A stretch of DNA of 64,000 nucleotides from Bacillota bacterium (GCA_963666425.2 OY762825.2:384001-448000); one strand, 5' to 3'. Shown: positions 1 through 12,052, counted from the stretch's first letter. Notes: generated from the sequence alone by a model not told the origin. Numbers and translations: made by a program.

Positions 1-1056
<1,056 letters not shown>

Positions 1057-1083
1057 TTAGTTTAACCCTATTGACTATGGCGA

Positions 1084-1112
1084 ATTGTATCATTATTTTT
1101 AAACTTTGTAAA
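1084..1112 (-). promoter_or_regulatory. Putative sigmaA promoter of nifJ
   Basis: TTTACA-17 bp-TACAAT with an extended -10 TG on the minus strand. Confidence 0.5.
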
Positions 1113-1299
1113 GGCGCTGCATCGTTTCTATGCCCAATAAATGCCATTGCCCTCTTTTGTGCCTAATCCTGCCATATTCTTAATTTTTACCTGAAAATCC
1201 GAACCTATACTTGAACATATCCGCAGAAACACAAGCTAAAAGAAATTGCTCTGCTGTCAACAATCGCCATTTGCTGCAGTGATTGGTTTCAGCGGCAAG

Positions 1300-2184
1300 T
1301 CAGTGTTGTTTTGGTAAGGAAATTGACTCAGCTAACAACTGTTTGACATAGTTTGGTATGGCAAAAGCACCTTTATGAATCTCGGTATTGTAATATCTGG
1401 TCGTCAGACCCAAGGCATTCCAGGCGTCTGCGTCTAAATCCGCCACGGGATCAAGAGTCTTCGCCGCAAAGCCAAACAGCCAATGACCGGAGGCATAGGT
1501 TGGAATATGAACCTGATACACCTTGGCTATCGCAAAAAGCTCATGAATCCTCTGGTGGGCTCTTTGCATCTGTATGGCATATTCCGGATAAAACGGACTC
1601 TCATGCTGATTGACCAGAATCCCGTTCGGTTTGAGCGCCTGATAACAATCCCGGTAAAAATCCCTGGTGAATAAGCCTTCTCCCGGTCCGATTGGATCGG
1701 TACTATCCACGATGATCAGATCGTAACAATTCGTTTTCCCTGCAACGAATTTCAAACCATCCTCAAAGTACAAATTTACCCGCTTATCCTGCAAACCGCT
1801 GGTTGAGTTGGGGAAGAACTCCCGACACACCTCAACCACCAGCTGGTCAATTTCGACCATATCAATTTTTTTGATGGAAGCATAACGCACCAGTTCTCTG
1901 ACTGTCCCGCCATCGCCGGCGCCGATCACCAGTACGTTTTCAATTTTAGGATTGGTCGCCATCGGAACATGCACGATCATATCGTGATAGATAAACTCAT
2001 CTTTTTCCGTGATCATAATCAAGCCATCCAGGGTGAAAAATTTACCCAACTGTTTTGATTCGAAGACATCGATTCTCTGAAATTTACTTTGCCCCGCGTA
2101 CAACTGCTTTTCCACCTGGATTGAGAGTTTGACTCCCTCAGCGTGCGTTTCCGAAAACCATAAATCCATTTTTCTCCCCTCCAT
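1300..2184 (-). CDS. speE: Spermidine synthase (polyamine aminopropyltransferase)
   Basis: LDG...EFIYHDM, VLVIGAGDGG, VEID and IIVDSTDP motifs; directly downstream of speD. True start is probably MDLWF. Confidence 0.95.
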   Translation of the reverse strand: MEGRKMDLWFSETHAEGVKLSIQVEKQLYAGQSKFQRIDVFESKQLGKFFTLDGLIMITEKDEFIYHDMIVHVPMATNPKIENVLVIGAGDGGTVRELVRYASIKKIDMVEIDQLVVEVCREFFPNSTSGLQDKRVNLYFEDGLKFVAGKTNCYDLIIVDSTDPIGPGEGLFTRDFYRDCYQALKPNGILVNQHESPFYPEYAIQMQRAHQRIHELFAIAKVYQVHIPTYASGHWLFGFAAKTLDPVADLDADAWNALGLTTRYYNTEIHKGAFAIPNYVKQLLAESISLPKQH

Positions 2185-2190
2185 GCTCTG

Positions 2191-3006
2191 TTAGCATTTC
2201 TTGCTGTAAACATTGCTGCCGCTGAAGATTTCAATCATCTCGCGGCGCAGACTGCTTGTAATAGCCAAACGTTCCTTGGGAGTATATTCCCGCACATCTT
2301 TCTCAAAAAAATAATCCTGCAAATTCAGTTCTTTGATCATCATTTTGGTATGGAAAATATTCGCCTGATAAATATTGATATCATAAACATCATATTGTTC
2401 CAGGGTTTTTTGATCGATATAATCTTGTATCGATGTGATGTCATGATCAATGAAAACTTTCCTGCCATCTTCGTCTCTGGTGAATCCGCGCACGCGATAG
2501 TCAATGGAAATAATATCGGAATCAAAGCTGCCGATCAAATAATCCAAAGCATTGAGCGGAGAAACCATGCCACAAGTGGAAACATCAATATCCACCCGAA
2601 AGCTGGAAATAGATTGATCCGGATGATATTCCGGATAAGTATGCACAGTAACATGGCTCTTATCCAGATGTCCCAATACGGTTTTGCCCGCATAAGTTAA
2701 GCCCAGCCCCGCATTGCAGGAAGGATCGATCTGTTCTTTCTCTACCGGAGTTTCCGAAATTAAAACTACCACACTGGCGCCTTGCGGATCATAATCCTGT
2801 TTGGAAATATTCAAAACATTGGCGCCGATGATGCGGGTTACTTCTGTCAGGATCTTGGTTAACCGTTCCGAATTGAACCATTCATCCACATAAGCCAGGT
2901 AATCGTTCTTATCTTTTGCTCCTTTAGCATAACAGATATCATAGATATTAAAGCTTAGTGTTTTGGTCAGATTGTTAAACCCATAAAGTTTCACTTTGTT
3001 TGTCAT
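2191..3006 (-). CDS. speD: S-adenosylmethionine decarboxylase proenzyme (long form)
   Basis: LYGFNNLTKTLSFNIYD, YDPQGAS, the self-cleavage motif HLDK|SHVTVHTYPE and STCG. Start moved to MTNKVK. Confidence 0.95.
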   Translation of the reverse strand: MTNKVKLYGFNNLTKTLSFNIYDICYAKGAKDKNDYLAYVDEWFNSERLTKILTEVTRIIGANVLNISKQDYDPQGASVVVLISETPVEKEQIDPSCNAGLGLTYAGKTVLGHLDKSHVTVHTYPEYHPDQSISSFRVDIDVSTCGMVSPLNALDYLIGSFDSDIISIDYRVRGFTRDEDGRKVFIDHDITSIQDYIDQKTLEQYDVYDINIYQANIFHTKMMIKELNLQDYFFEKDVREYTPKERLAITSSLRREMIEIFSGSNVYSKKC

Positions 3007-3310
3007 CTTATACCCCTTTCCGCCGCAGCAATCTTGCTGTATCTCGAGCCTGGTGATTCCTTTCATAAAAGGATTTTAGATGCCATTCTCTGCCTTTTTG
3101 ATTCAGCCTGTATGCAGTCTATCTTACCATACTATGCAAACACGAACAAGTCTTCTTTCCCTTTTGATCTGATTTGTCTGAAAATTTCCCGTCTAAACCA
3201 AAACCGTTTCTATAATAAAAAAAACCCACGCTGCCAAAGCAGTGAGATTTTTGAAAATTCACTTTTATTCTTTTCCAATCCTGTTTATCGTTGTGACCTA
3301 TGCTCTTTGG

Positions 3311-3913
3311 CTAGTCAGCGATTTGCAGTTCCGCCAAACGATTTGCCTTCTGGCCAATCATTTTGAAAATTTGCAGCCAATTCTTGACGCGTGTAACATT
3401 TTCCGGCAAGCTGCCCTGATTGTAATTACAATCAAGCATGAGAACCTCGAAGCCTGCTGAAGCTAACTGGATCACATTCTCATAACTATCTTCAATGAAT
3501 ACATCCGATTGCAGCTCTGCCGCTTTGCCCACTTTGTTGGCATGTCCCAATAACGTGAGGGAATCGAGAGGAATGTTGTTTTTGGCTAACCACTCCGAAC
3601 TAATTCTTTCCATTTTTGCTTCCCTAGCACTGACAAAATGGATTTTTTGACCCGCATCGTATAACTTATGCACGATCTCCGATGCCCCCGGCCGCATTTT
3701 TGATTCCTGATGCAATATTTCGCCATAGCGTTGATAAAACTCATTGTAATCCGCTTGCCGCACGCCTAAAATCCGTGCAATATCATAGCTTGTAATGTCG
3801 CTTGGCTTCAGATTTGTTTGGAAATATGCATTCGCTCTTTTCAGCCAGTAGTAGGGTTCCGTGACGGTACCGTCAATGTCAATACATATACTTAATTTAT
3901 TGATTCTATTCAC
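3311..3913 (-). CDS. HAD-superfamily 5'(3')-deoxyribonucleotidase-like phosphatase (NT5C-like)
   Basis: DIDGT motif I, VSAR motif II and FIEDS motif IV. Confidence 0.75.
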   Translation of the reverse strand: MNRINKLSICIDIDGTVTEPYYWLKRANAYFQTNLKPSDITSYDIARILGVRQADYNEFYQRYGEILHQESKMRPGASEIVHKLYDAGQKIHFVSAREAKMERISSEWLAKNNIPLDSLTLLGHANKVGKAAELQSDVFIEDSYENVIQLASAGFEVLMLDCNYNQGSLPENVTRVKNWLQIFKMIGQKANRLAELQIAD

Positions 3914-3994
3914 CTCCTTTTTATAAAAATACTATAACACATCATTGTTAAAATCTCAGCACAAAATTGTATCGTTTATGTAAAATTTTGTAGC

Positions 3995-4381
3995 TTATTT
4001 CTCCTGAAAATACGCCCTCAGCGTTTCGATATCCCGCAGGACCTGCTGCTGGGTCTCCTGCAGGGAAGGGAACTTCTTTGTTTCTCTGATGTAGTGGAGC
4101 AGATATAAGTCTGCCTGCTTACCCAGTATCTCCTGATCAAAATCAAGTATATAGGTTTCCAAACTAATTCTCTCCTCATCATCAACGGATGGACGTCTGC
4201 CAAAATTGGTCAAGCCCAAATAACAAACCGAATTGATCACGATCCGGCTGATATAAACACCCAATTTAGGCAAATCGGTATCGGTCTCCCGCCAAGCCAG
4301 ATTGGCTGTCGGCATCCCCACTTTTTTCCCATTGCCTTTCCCCTTGACAATTTGTCCGGAAAAATGAAAGATTGCTTCCAT
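3995..4381 (-). CDS. Stand-alone riboflavin kinase domain protein
   Basis: GxGxGxxxGMPTAN, GVY, GRRPS and ETYILDF motifs; 128 aa with no FMN adenylyltransferase domain. Confidence 0.85.
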   Translation of the reverse strand: MEAIFHFSGQIVKGKGNGKKVGMPTANLAWRETDTDLPKLGVYISRIVINSVCYLGLTNFGRRPSVDDEERISLETYILDFDQEILGKQADLYLLHYIRETKKFPSLQETQQQVLRDIETLRAYFQEK

Positions 4382-4420
4382 TCTATTGATCCTCCTCTTC
4401 TATCGAGTGATGCGCTGCTT

Positions 4421-4693
4421 CTAGGCCAGCACATCATGAAATTCCGCATGCTCTTTCAACATTTTCTCGGCATACGGACAACGCGGTATGATTTTCTTGT
4501 GCTCTCTGCGAGCGAGTTCCACCACTTTTGTCAGCAGCTGCAGAGCGATTCCCTGCCCCCGCAATGACTCGTCTACAAACGTACGTTCGATGGTGATCAA
4601 CCCCGGCGCTGTCGTTGGAAAGTTAATTTCCGCCAATGTGCTGTTATTTTCGTCTGTGATGTAGAATCTTGCATCCGCTGCTTGAATCACCAT
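4421..4693 (-). CDS. Small GNAT-family acetyltransferase (YjdJ-like)
   Basis: TFVDESLRGQGIA acetyl-CoA motif and IIPRCPYA; GAGGAG RBS before MVIQ. Confidence 0.8.
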   Translation of the reverse strand: MVIQAADARFYITDENNSTLAEINFPTTAPGLITIERTFVDESLRGQGIALQLLTKVVELARREHKKIIPRCPYAEKMLKEHAEFHDVLA

Positions 4694-4763
4694 TGTTGAT
4701 CCTCCTCTTGCCGGCATTTCAACCGGGAATCCATGTTGAAATACTGTGATCCGATCCTAAAAC

Positions 4764-5495
4764 TCATTTCTTCCGTGCTGCAATTAGGAGCATCATCGGT
4801 CGGCGTAGTTCCTCCTGCATAGCTGGCAGCTGCAGCAGGTTCTCTGCCGGCTGCGGCTCTACCAGCTTGATCAATTCAAAGCCGTTCTGCAGCAAGCCAT
4901 TGCAATAAGTCGTCAGTGTTTTGTGAAATTTAGTGATTTCTGTGCCCAAAAAAGTCGCCGAGCGTACCCCTTCAGCAAAATAGCGGTCCACCGGCCAATG
5001 CAGCGCTTTGCCATCGGCATCATAACACCATCGCTGACTGCCTTCGGCTGTAAAAATCGGATGTTCGACCGAAAAAATGAAAAATCCACCTTGTTTCAGG
5101 CAGCGGCTGCACTTGGCGGCAATCGCAGTAAAAGATTCCAAATAATGCAGAGCCAGCGAACTGATTACTACATCAAAAGAATTTTCCGGAAAATCATATT
5201 GTTCGATGGCAGTTTGGATGTATTCAATCACCGATGATGTTGTTTTTGCTCTGGCTTCCTGCAGCATTTTTGCCGAGAGATCAATGCCGACCACGCTGGC
5301 TGCACCCTGTTCTGCAGCATAGCGGCAGTGCCAACCGAAGCCGCAGCCAAGGTCGAGCAGTCGTTTTCCGCTCAAATCGGGCAGCATTTTCTGAAATTCA
5401 TGCCATTCACCGGCTGCGGCCAAACCGCCAATGGAACGCGCCATTTTCTGATATCGTTCGAAAAACTGATTGTCGTCATATTGATTTGCTGACAT
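4764..5495 (-). CDS. Class I SAM-dependent methyltransferase
   Basis: LLDLGCGFG, GIDLS and FDVVISSLALHY motifs. Confidence 0.85.
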   Translation of the reverse strand: MSANQYDDNQFFERYQKMARSIGGLAAAGEWHEFQKMLPDLSGKRLLDLGCGFGWHCRYAAEQGAASVVGIDLSAKMLQEARAKTTSSVIEYIQTAIEQYDFPENSFDVVISSLALHYLESFTAIAAKCSRCLKQGGFFIFSVEHPIFTAEGSQRWCYDADGKALHWPVDRYFAEGVRSATFLGTEITKFHKTLTTYCNGLLQNGFELIKLVEPQPAENLLQLPAMQEELRRPMMLLIAARKK

Positions 5496-5732
5496 CGCTT
5501 TCTCCTTCTGCCATTGATCTGCATTATTTGATAAAATAGTTAGCGAAACCGCTGCAATTTCTTTCGACAGTGGGCTTGTTCAATCCTTGTGCAGATTTAC
5601 CTTGTAAAAAAAAGTGCTCCCCTTCCTGCCTGCACGCAAGCTAACCTGCAGCTGTCATGGGGAGCCTCACTATGTTTTCAGCCAATGAGATTATTCAGCG
5701 ATTGGCAGGAATGTGAAAAAAGCTTTTGTGGC

Positions 5733-7709
5733 TTAATTGCTGACGATCCGATAGTAGGTCCGAGAAGTCACCAGATAAACGAAAGCATAAAACACGGCAA
5801 AAACAGCAATCGTTGCCATCAGACAAATGGCAAATAAAGCCCGATCCGTCATCGCAAAAAGCGACAGGAGTTTCGTGATGAATTTGAACGCAAAAGCCAA
5901 ATGCAGACAAGCGACCACGAGCGGCAGCAGAAAAACAGCAAGAACTTGACTTTTTATGGTTTTGCCAACCTCTTCCTTGCTCATGCCGACCTTCTGCATA
6001 ATCTGAAAACGCTCGTTATCATCATAGCCTTCAGAAATCTGTTTATAATAAATAATCAGGACAGTAGCCATCAGGAATAAAGCGCCAAGAAAAATCCCGA
6101 GGAAAAAGAGGCTGCCATAAAGTGAGTAAAATTCACTGCGAGCTTCCGCTCTGGATTCTGAATAGAGAGCAGATGTTCTCATTATATCTTGAATATCATG
6201 ATATAGATCAATACAGACCGCATCCTCAGCATCTATATCGACGCCAATATAGCGATACAAGTTGGCTCGGTTTTCCCCATAAACTGCCATTTGCTTTTGT
6301 TCGATATCCTGCAGTACGCTGAAATCACTGACGATAACGTAATGGGAACTGACCATTTGGGCCGCGTCGAATCCATTGTCTTGCCAATTTTTTAGTTGAT
6401 TTTTCACTTTATATTGAGAATCGAAAACGCTGAGTGTTGCTTCAGTATAAGTACTGCGGTTTGAATAAAGCATTATTTCATCCGCAGCAAGTGAGAAAGA
6501 AGTTGCATAAATCCGATTATAGTCCTGCAGCGGGATAAAATACAATTCGCGCATGTTGCCCATATCAGAAAGATTGCTAGTTTCAGCAGACATCATCGTG
6601 CCTTGCTTCAAAGAAGCAAAAGAAAGGCAGCGATAGGTTGTCAGTTGACTCGCTGGCAGCTGATGCGCCTGCAGGATTTCTTCGATCTCGCTGATGACCG
6701 TTGCAGCAGTCTGATCAGAATAATCGGACAACTCAAACATCATTTCTTTTGGGTATCTTTTTTCCATGATATCTTCCATGCCCACATATAAACAAACCGT
6801 TGTGGAAAGCATGACCAGAACCATGGTAGACAAAATACAAATGTTGGCAAGCCCTGTTGCATTTTGTTTCATACGGTAGAGCATGCCGGAAATTGAAACG
6901 AAATGTCTTGCTTGGTAATAAAACTTTTTATTTTGCCGCAGCAGCTTAAGCAGAGCAATACTGCCTGAAATGAAGAGACAATAGGTTCCGATGATGACCA
7001 AAATCACTGCAATAAAGAAAAGAATAATCGCAGTCAAAGGGTCTTCTACTGTAATGGCTATATAGTAACCCCCGCCCAGAGACAAAATGCCCAGTAAGGT
7101 CAGCAGCCATTTGATTTTGGGTTCTTTCTCTCCGATGGAACTGCCCTTCAGTAATTCAATCGGCTGCGCCGCATAAACCTGCACCAAATTATTTAATAAG
7201 GTGAACAAAAAAACAACTGTAAAAAGGCCAAGTGTATTCTTCATTGCCTGCAGAGAAAAAGCAAACCCTAACTGTACTGGGAAATGAAGCAGCTTGAGTA
7301 AAGCCAGAAAAACCAGTTTACTGCATAGTAAACCCAGGCTGATCCCAGCAACCATGCTGATGACGGCCACAAACAGGGTTTCAAAAAAAATGACTGTTGC
7401 TATGTGGTTTTTTTCCATACCGAGAATACTGTAAAGTCCAAACTCTTTTTTCCGTCGTTTCATTAAGAAACTGTTGGTATAGAGCAGAAAAGTCGCTGAA
7501 AAGAGAGCCACAATGAAAGAGCCAAGGTTCAGCATGAGCGACAGGATGCCGCCGCCGGTGAGTTGCTGCAAACTTTGATTCTTGGCTAGCGAGGCAATGA
7601 TGAAATACATCATCACAGTAGCAATCCCCGTCAAGAGGTAAGGCAGATAAAATTTAGCGTTCTTTTTGATGTTCTGTCCGGCTAATTTAGGAAAGAAAAA
7701 CTTACTCAT
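5733..7709 (-). CDS. BceB-type ABC transporter permease (antimicrobial peptide resistance)
   Basis: About 10 TM helices with one large extracellular loop; RRKKEFGLYSILGM FtsX motif; sits in an RR-HK-ATPase-permease module. Confidence 0.85.
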   Translation of the reverse strand: MSKFFFPKLAGQNIKKNAKFYLPYLLTGIATVMMYFIIASLAKNQSLQQLTGGGILSLMLNLGSFIVALFSATFLLYTNSFLMKRRKKEFGLYSILGMEKNHIATVIFFETLFVAVISMVAGISLGLLCSKLVFLALLKLLHFPVQLGFAFSLQAMKNTLGLFTVVFLFTLLNNLVQVYAAQPIELLKGSSIGEKEPKIKWLLTLLGILSLGGGYYIAITVEDPLTAIILFFIAVILVIIGTYCLFISGSIALLKLLRQNKKFYYQARHFVSISGMLYRMKQNATGLANICILSTMVLVMLSTTVCLYVGMEDIMEKRYPKEMMFELSDYSDQTAATVISEIEEILQAHQLPASQLTTYRCLSFASLKQGTMMSAETSNLSDMGNMRELYFIPLQDYNRIYATSFSLAADEIMLYSNRSTYTEATLSVFDSQYKVKNQLKNWQDNGFDAAQMVSSHYVIVSDFSVLQDIEQKQMAVYGENRANLYRYIGVDIDAEDAVCIDLYHDIQDIMRTSALYSESRAEARSEFYSLYGSLFFLGIFLGALFLMATVLIIYYKQISEGYDDNERFQIMQKVGMSKEEVGKTIKSQVLAVFLLPLVVACLHLAFAFKFITKLLSLFAMTDRALFAICLMATIAVFAVFYAFVYLVTSRTYYRIVSN

Positions 7710-8469
7710 TTTCTACACCGCCTGTAGCCACTAAAGTGAGTGTGTCGGAAATTTTCGCAAACATTTCCTCATCTGTCCTATTTGCTTTGTAAAGCTGATG
7801 GAACACCTCACCATCCTTGATGAATAGGACACGTTTGGCATGGCTGGCGGCTTTGGTGGAATGAGTGACCATCAAAATCGTCTGTCCCTCCGCATTAATC
7901 TCGTCGAACAAACGCAATAATCCGTCGGTTGCTCTGGAATCCAGAGCACCGGTGGGTTCATCTGCCAGAATGAGCTGAGGATTGGTAATTAACGCACGGG
8001 CGACTGCGGCTCTCTGCTTTTGACCGCCCGATACTTCATAGGGATACATTTTCAAAATGTCCGCTATCCCCAGTTTCACAGCTATTTTCTGCAGCCGTAT
8101 CTCCATTTCTTCGTAGTGCTTTCCGGATAACACAAGCGGCAGAAAGATATTATCCTGAATCGAAAAGGTATCCAGTAAATTAAAATCCTGAAAAACAAAG
8201 CCGAGATTTTCGCGCCGAAAAGCGGAAATGTCTTTTTGACTGATCGCTGTGATATTCTTGCCGTTCAATTTCACTTCTCCACTGGTCGGTTGATCAAGTG
8301 AAGCCAGAATGTTCAGCAAAGTCGTTTTACCGGATCCGGATTCACCCATAATCGCCACATATTCACCTTGCTCCACCGAAAAAGAGACATTGCTTAAAGC
8401 TTGGACATGCGTCCCGCCAAAGCGTGTGCTGTAAATTTTCTTTAAGTTACAAACTTCCAACATTGCCAT
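7702..8469 (-). CDS. BceA-type ABC transporter ATPase
   Basis: GESGSGKT, VSGGQKQR, ILADEPTG and VTH motifs. Confidence 0.9.
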   Translation of the reverse strand: MAMLEVCNLKKIYSTRFGGTHVQALSNVSFSVEQGEYVAIMGESGSGKTTLLNILASLDQPTSGEVKLNGKNITAISQKDISAFRRENLGFVFQDFNLLDTFSIQDNIFLPLVLSGKHYEEMEIRLQKIAVKLGIADILKMYPYEVSGGQKQRAAVARALITNPQLILADEPTGALDSRATDGLLRLFDEINAEGQTILMVTHSTKAASHAKRVLFIKDGEVFHQLYKANRTDEEMFAKISDTLTLVATGGVENE

Positions 8470-8500
8470 TTGATAACCTCCTGCGTTTTATCTCCTATTC

Positions 8501-8575
8501 ATTATACTAAAACGCAGCAATCGATTTCCATTGATTCATCTTACAATCAATCCGCTAACCTTACAATGTTGAAAG
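8501..8575 (-). promoter_or_regulatory. BceR-type response-regulator site and -10 element of the ABC genes
   Basis: TTACA-ATGT-TGAAA at 8561-8574 is one mismatch from the TNACA-N4-TGTAA BceR-family box; a second TTACA half-site lies 20 bp away (8541-8545); TATAAT on the minus strand at 8501-8506. Confidence 0.65.
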
Positions 8576-8590
8576 CTTACCTGCGTTTTC

Positions 8591-9586
8591 TTATTCCACT
8601 TTCAGATCAACCGAATGCAAACAAATTTTCACTTGCGTACCTTTGCCAGCGGCAGATTCAATCTGAATAGAATGACCCAACTTCGCACAAATTTGTTTAC
8701 AAAGATACAAACCGATTCCAGTGGATTTTCTATCGCTTCTGCCATTATAACCCGTAAAGCCTTTTTCAAAAACACGGGGTAAATCCTCCGCTTGAATCCC
8801 AATGCCGCTGTCAGTAATAACCAGCGTTTCCTCTGCCACCATAAAAATGGAGATTTTACCTGCATTTGTGTATTTCAATGCATTTGACAGTACTTGTTCA
8901 ATGACAAAGCTTAACCATTTCTCATCACTGAGTATCACTGTCTTCACCTCCTGATAATCCAGGAGGATTTTCTTCCGGATAAATTGTTTGGCATATTTTC
9001 GAATGGCTTGCTTCAAAAGTTGGTCAAGATCGTATTTCTGGATCATGAAATCAGTGGAATCGCTGTCAAGACGCAGATATTGCAGGACCATCTCCACATA
9101 TTGTTCAATTCGAAACAACTCCTGCAATAATTCTGCACTTTGCTCGTTTTCTTCTGTCTGAAGCAACAATTGCATGGCCGCGATCGGTGTTTTGATTTGG
9201 TGGACCCAGGTGGTATAATAATCCATTCTAGCGCTGAAGCGAAGATCCATATGAGAAACTAACTTTATTTTTTCCTCATGAACAGCCCTGATTAAATTCT
9301 GATAATCCTGTTCAATCAGGTTGCTTGCCTGCACTAAGCCATCCACGGATAGTATGATGCTCTTACTCAATTCACAAATCTGTTTATGCTTTTTGGCGAA
9401 ATTGTGGTAATCAAGCACAGCAATCAGAAGGCCAAGACACAGGCACAATAAACCGGCATACAAAACTGCTTCCGTGGGTAAATCATAGAGTGAAAATACA
9501 GCTGAAAAAATCAGTAAAAAAGCCAACAGCAAGCCAATATAACCCCTACGGTATCGGTAATAAGCGTAGACGAGATTATTCCACAA
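8591..9586 (-). CDS. Intramembrane-sensing histidine kinase (BceS/GraS-like)
   Basis: Two close N-terminal TM helices; WVHQIKTP H-box, EQVLSNALKY N-box, DSGIGI and TGIGLYL motifs. Confidence 0.9.
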   Translation of the reverse strand: MWNNLVYAYYRYRRGYIGLLLAFLLIFSAVFSLYDLPTEAVLYAGLLCLCLGLLIAVLDYHNFAKKHKQICELSKSIILSVDGLVQASNLIEQDYQNLIRAVHEEKIKLVSHMDLRFSARMDYYTTWVHQIKTPIAAMQLLLQTEENEQSAELLQELFRIEQYVEMVLQYLRLDSDSTDFMIQKYDLDQLLKQAIRKYAKQFIRKKILLDYQEVKTVILSDEKWLSFVIEQVLSNALKYTNAGKISIFMVAEETLVITDSGIGIQAEDLPRVFEKGFTGYNGRSDRKSTGIGLYLCKQICAKLGHSIQIESAAGKGTQVKICLHSVDLKVE

Positions 9587-10247
9587 GGTAACCGATTCCT
9601 TTCTTTGTCATAATGGTATCATGCAGTCCGGCAGCTTCCAGTTTTTTACGCAGTCGGGTCACATTGACTGTCAGTGTATTTTCATCGACGAAACTATCGG
9701 TTTCCCACAAGCGCTGCATTAAGCTGTCACGCGTTACCACTCTGCCGTTGTTTTCCAGCAGCACTTGCATGATGCGGTATTCGTTCTTCGTCAAATCGAT
9801 ATTCTCATGCTGATATGAGATGGAATGATCGCTCAGATTGAGTAGGATTCCCTTGTGCTCCAATAAGTTGGTTTGTCCGGCGAAATCATAGCTGCGCCGC
9901 AGCATCGCCTGAATCTTTGCGGTTAAGACATGCAAGTCAAAGGGTTTTGCAATGAAATCATCTGCCCCCATATTTACGGCCATGACGATATTCATATTAT
10001 CCGCTGCAGACGAAAGAAAGATAATCGGCACTTTAGAAATTCTGCGTATTTCACTGCACCAATGATACCCGTTAAAAAAAGGCAGTATAATATCCAGCAA
10101 AACCAGTTGCGGGGCATATTCAGCAAACTGAGCCAGAATATTTCTAAAATCACCGGCACATTCGCATTGAAAATTCCAGGTTTCTAAATGATTTTTAATT
10201 GCATTCGCTATGATTTCATTGTCCTCAACAATGTAAATTTTGTTCAT
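9576..10247 (-). CDS. OmpR-family response regulator (BceR/GraR-like)
   Basis: VED, LLDIILP, KPF and winged-helix TLTVNVTRLRKKL / TKKGIGY motifs. Confidence 0.9.
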   Translation of the reverse strand: MNKIYIVEDNEIIANAIKNHLETWNFQCECAGDFRNILAQFAEYAPQLVLLDIILPFFNGYHWCSEIRRISKVPIIFLSSAADNMNIVMAVNMGADDFIAKPFDLHVLTAKIQAMLRRSYDFAGQTNLLEHKGILLNLSDHSISYQHENIDLTKNEYRIMQVLLENNGRVVTRDSLMQRLWETDSFVDENTLTVNVTRLRKKLEAAGLHDTIMTKKGIGYLVE

Positions 10248-10428
10248 CGCTTCACATTCTCCCGATTTTGTAATTTCATTACTGTTATACCTTTCCTGTC
10301 ATGATCATAGAATTGATCGCAGCCAGAATGCACCATTAAGATAATCTTAGGTTCGACTGCGTTTGCCGTCAATCCTTGGTTTGTTTGACTTTTCATCAAA
10401 TTGTGCTTTCGCGCAAAGGTTTCGGAAT

Positions 10429-10490
10429 AAAAAAAGACTGCTCCGGAAGCTGTCAGCAGTTTTTCAACCGATGGCTTCCAGAGCAGTCTG
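10429..10490 (-). terminator. Intrinsic terminator after the amino-acid ABC operon
   Basis: AGACTGCTC...GAGCAGTCT long imperfect hairpin followed by a T-run on the minus strand. Confidence 0.6.
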
Positions 10491-10517
10491 ATCCCAGGTT
10501 CGGTAGTAAGATTACTC

Positions 10518-11261
10518 TTATCTTTGCATGAAACGGGCTAGAAAATCCTTGGTTTCCTGTTTTTCCGGATGCACAAAAATCTGCTCCGGGCTGCCTTCCT
10601 CGCAAATCACGCCTTCGTTCATATAGACGACATGGCTGGCAACATCTTTGGCGAAGGCCATCTCATGTGTAACAATCAGCATGGTTAAGCCTTCCTCTGC
10701 CAGTGTCCGCATCACGCTGAGCACTTCTCCGACCATCTGCGGATCCAGGGCGGAAGTCGGTTCGTCAAACAGCAGAATTTCGGGCTGCATGGCCAGGGCA
10801 CGCGCAATCGCCACCCTTTGTTTCTGGCCGCCGGACAGCTGCTTGGGTTTGGCATTGATATAAGGAGACATGCCGACCTTATCGAGATAAACGCGCGCCC
10901 GCTGGTCGGCCGTCTTCTCATCCAATTTCAGCACTTGCCGCAAACCAACAGTGCAGTTTTTTAAAGCGGTCAGATTGTTAAACAAATTAAAACTTTGAAA
11001 CACCATGCCGACTTTCGCTCGATAGGCCGAAACGCCGGTCTGCCGCGCCATTACATCCTGATCATGGAATAAAATCTGTCCGCTGGAGGGAGTCTCCAGC
11101 AAGTTGATACAACGCAGCAAAGTGGATTTACCGGAACCGGAAGAACCGATGATGCAAATGACATCTCCCGTTGCTACGCTAAAATCGATATCGCGCAGCA
11201 CAATGTTGTCTCCGAATTTCTTGCTCAGATGTCGGACTTCAAGAATTTTCTCCTGGTTCAA
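10518..11261 (-). CDS. Polar amino-acid ABC transporter ATPase (GlnQ-like; probably lysine uptake)
   Basis: [16 protein letters not shown] and [10 protein letters not shown] motifs. Confidence 0.9.
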   Translation of the reverse strand: MNQEKILEVRHLSKKFGDNIVLRDIDFSVATGDVICIIGSSGSGKSTLLRCINLLETPSSGQILFHDQDVMARQTGVSAYRAKVGMVFQSFNLFNNLTALKNCTVGLRQVLKLDEKTADQRARVYLDKVGMSPYINAKPKQLSGGQKQRVAIARALAMQPEILLFDEPTSALDPQMVGEVLSVMRTLAEEGLTMLIVTHEMAFAKDVASHVVYMNEGVICEEGSPEQIFVHPEKQETKDFLARFMQR

Positions 11262-12052
11262 TTGTAATGCGCCTCCTTTTTCTTGGCTTGGAAGCTGTAA
11301 AGTCCACTGGTATGCGCCAAGGTATCCGTTGTGGCTAAGTCGTAGCTGTCGTCGCAGTCCAGGCGGCTTTCCAGGAGCCGAAGCAAGCGCGAAGCGACCA
11401 GTGTCATCATTAAGTAGATCACCATAATGATGGTTGCAGACTCAAAATACAAATACAAGGCACCAACCACACTCTTATGCACAAAGAAAAGGTCGGTGAT
11501 ACTGATCACGGATAGCACGGAGGTATCTTTGATATTAATAATAAAGTTATTGCCGATCTGGGGTACGATATTGCGAAAGGCTTGCGGCAATATCACCTGC
11601 AGCATTGTCTGGAAGTGGGTCATCCCGATGGCTTTGGCACCTTCGGTCTGACCGGAATCCACCGACAGGATACCGCCGCGCACCGTTTCTGCCATATAGG
11701 CACCGGTATTGATCGAGACAATGAAAAACGCCGCCGTCCACATATCCATCGCCAGGGAAAACACAATGCGGGCTCCGTAGTAAATGAAAACCGACTGGAC
11801 AATCATCGGCGTGCCCCGAAACAGTTCGACGTAAGCATGCAGGATGAGATTGACGATTTTCAGCAAAATGCGTTTGGGCAAGCGATCATTTTGGTTGACT
11901 GGGATAGTCTGGACGATCCCCACCGCAAAACCGATGATGCAGCCAATCAGTGTGCCAACCAGCGAGATAATCAGCGTATTGCGGGCACCGGTCAGATACG
12001 AGGTGTGATATTTGCTCCAGCATTTCACAATACCAAGCCAAAATTCGGACAT
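11258..12052 (-). CDS. Polar amino-acid ABC transporter permease
   Basis: [20 protein letters not shown] and [11 protein letters not shown] (EAA loop) motifs. Confidence 0.9.
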   Translation of the reverse strand: MSEFWLGIVKCWSKYHTSYLTGARNTLIISLVGTLIGCIIGFAVGIVQTIPVNQNDRLPKRILLKIVNLILHAYVELFRGTPMIVQSVFIYYGARIVFSLAMDMWTAAFFIVSINTGAYMAETVRGGILSVDSGQTEGAKAIGMTHFQTMLQVILPQAFRNIVPQIGNNFIINIKDTSVLSVISITDLFFVHKSVVGALYLYFESATIIMVIYLMMTLVASRLLRLLESRLDCDDSYDLATTDTLAHTSGLYSFQAKKKEAHYN

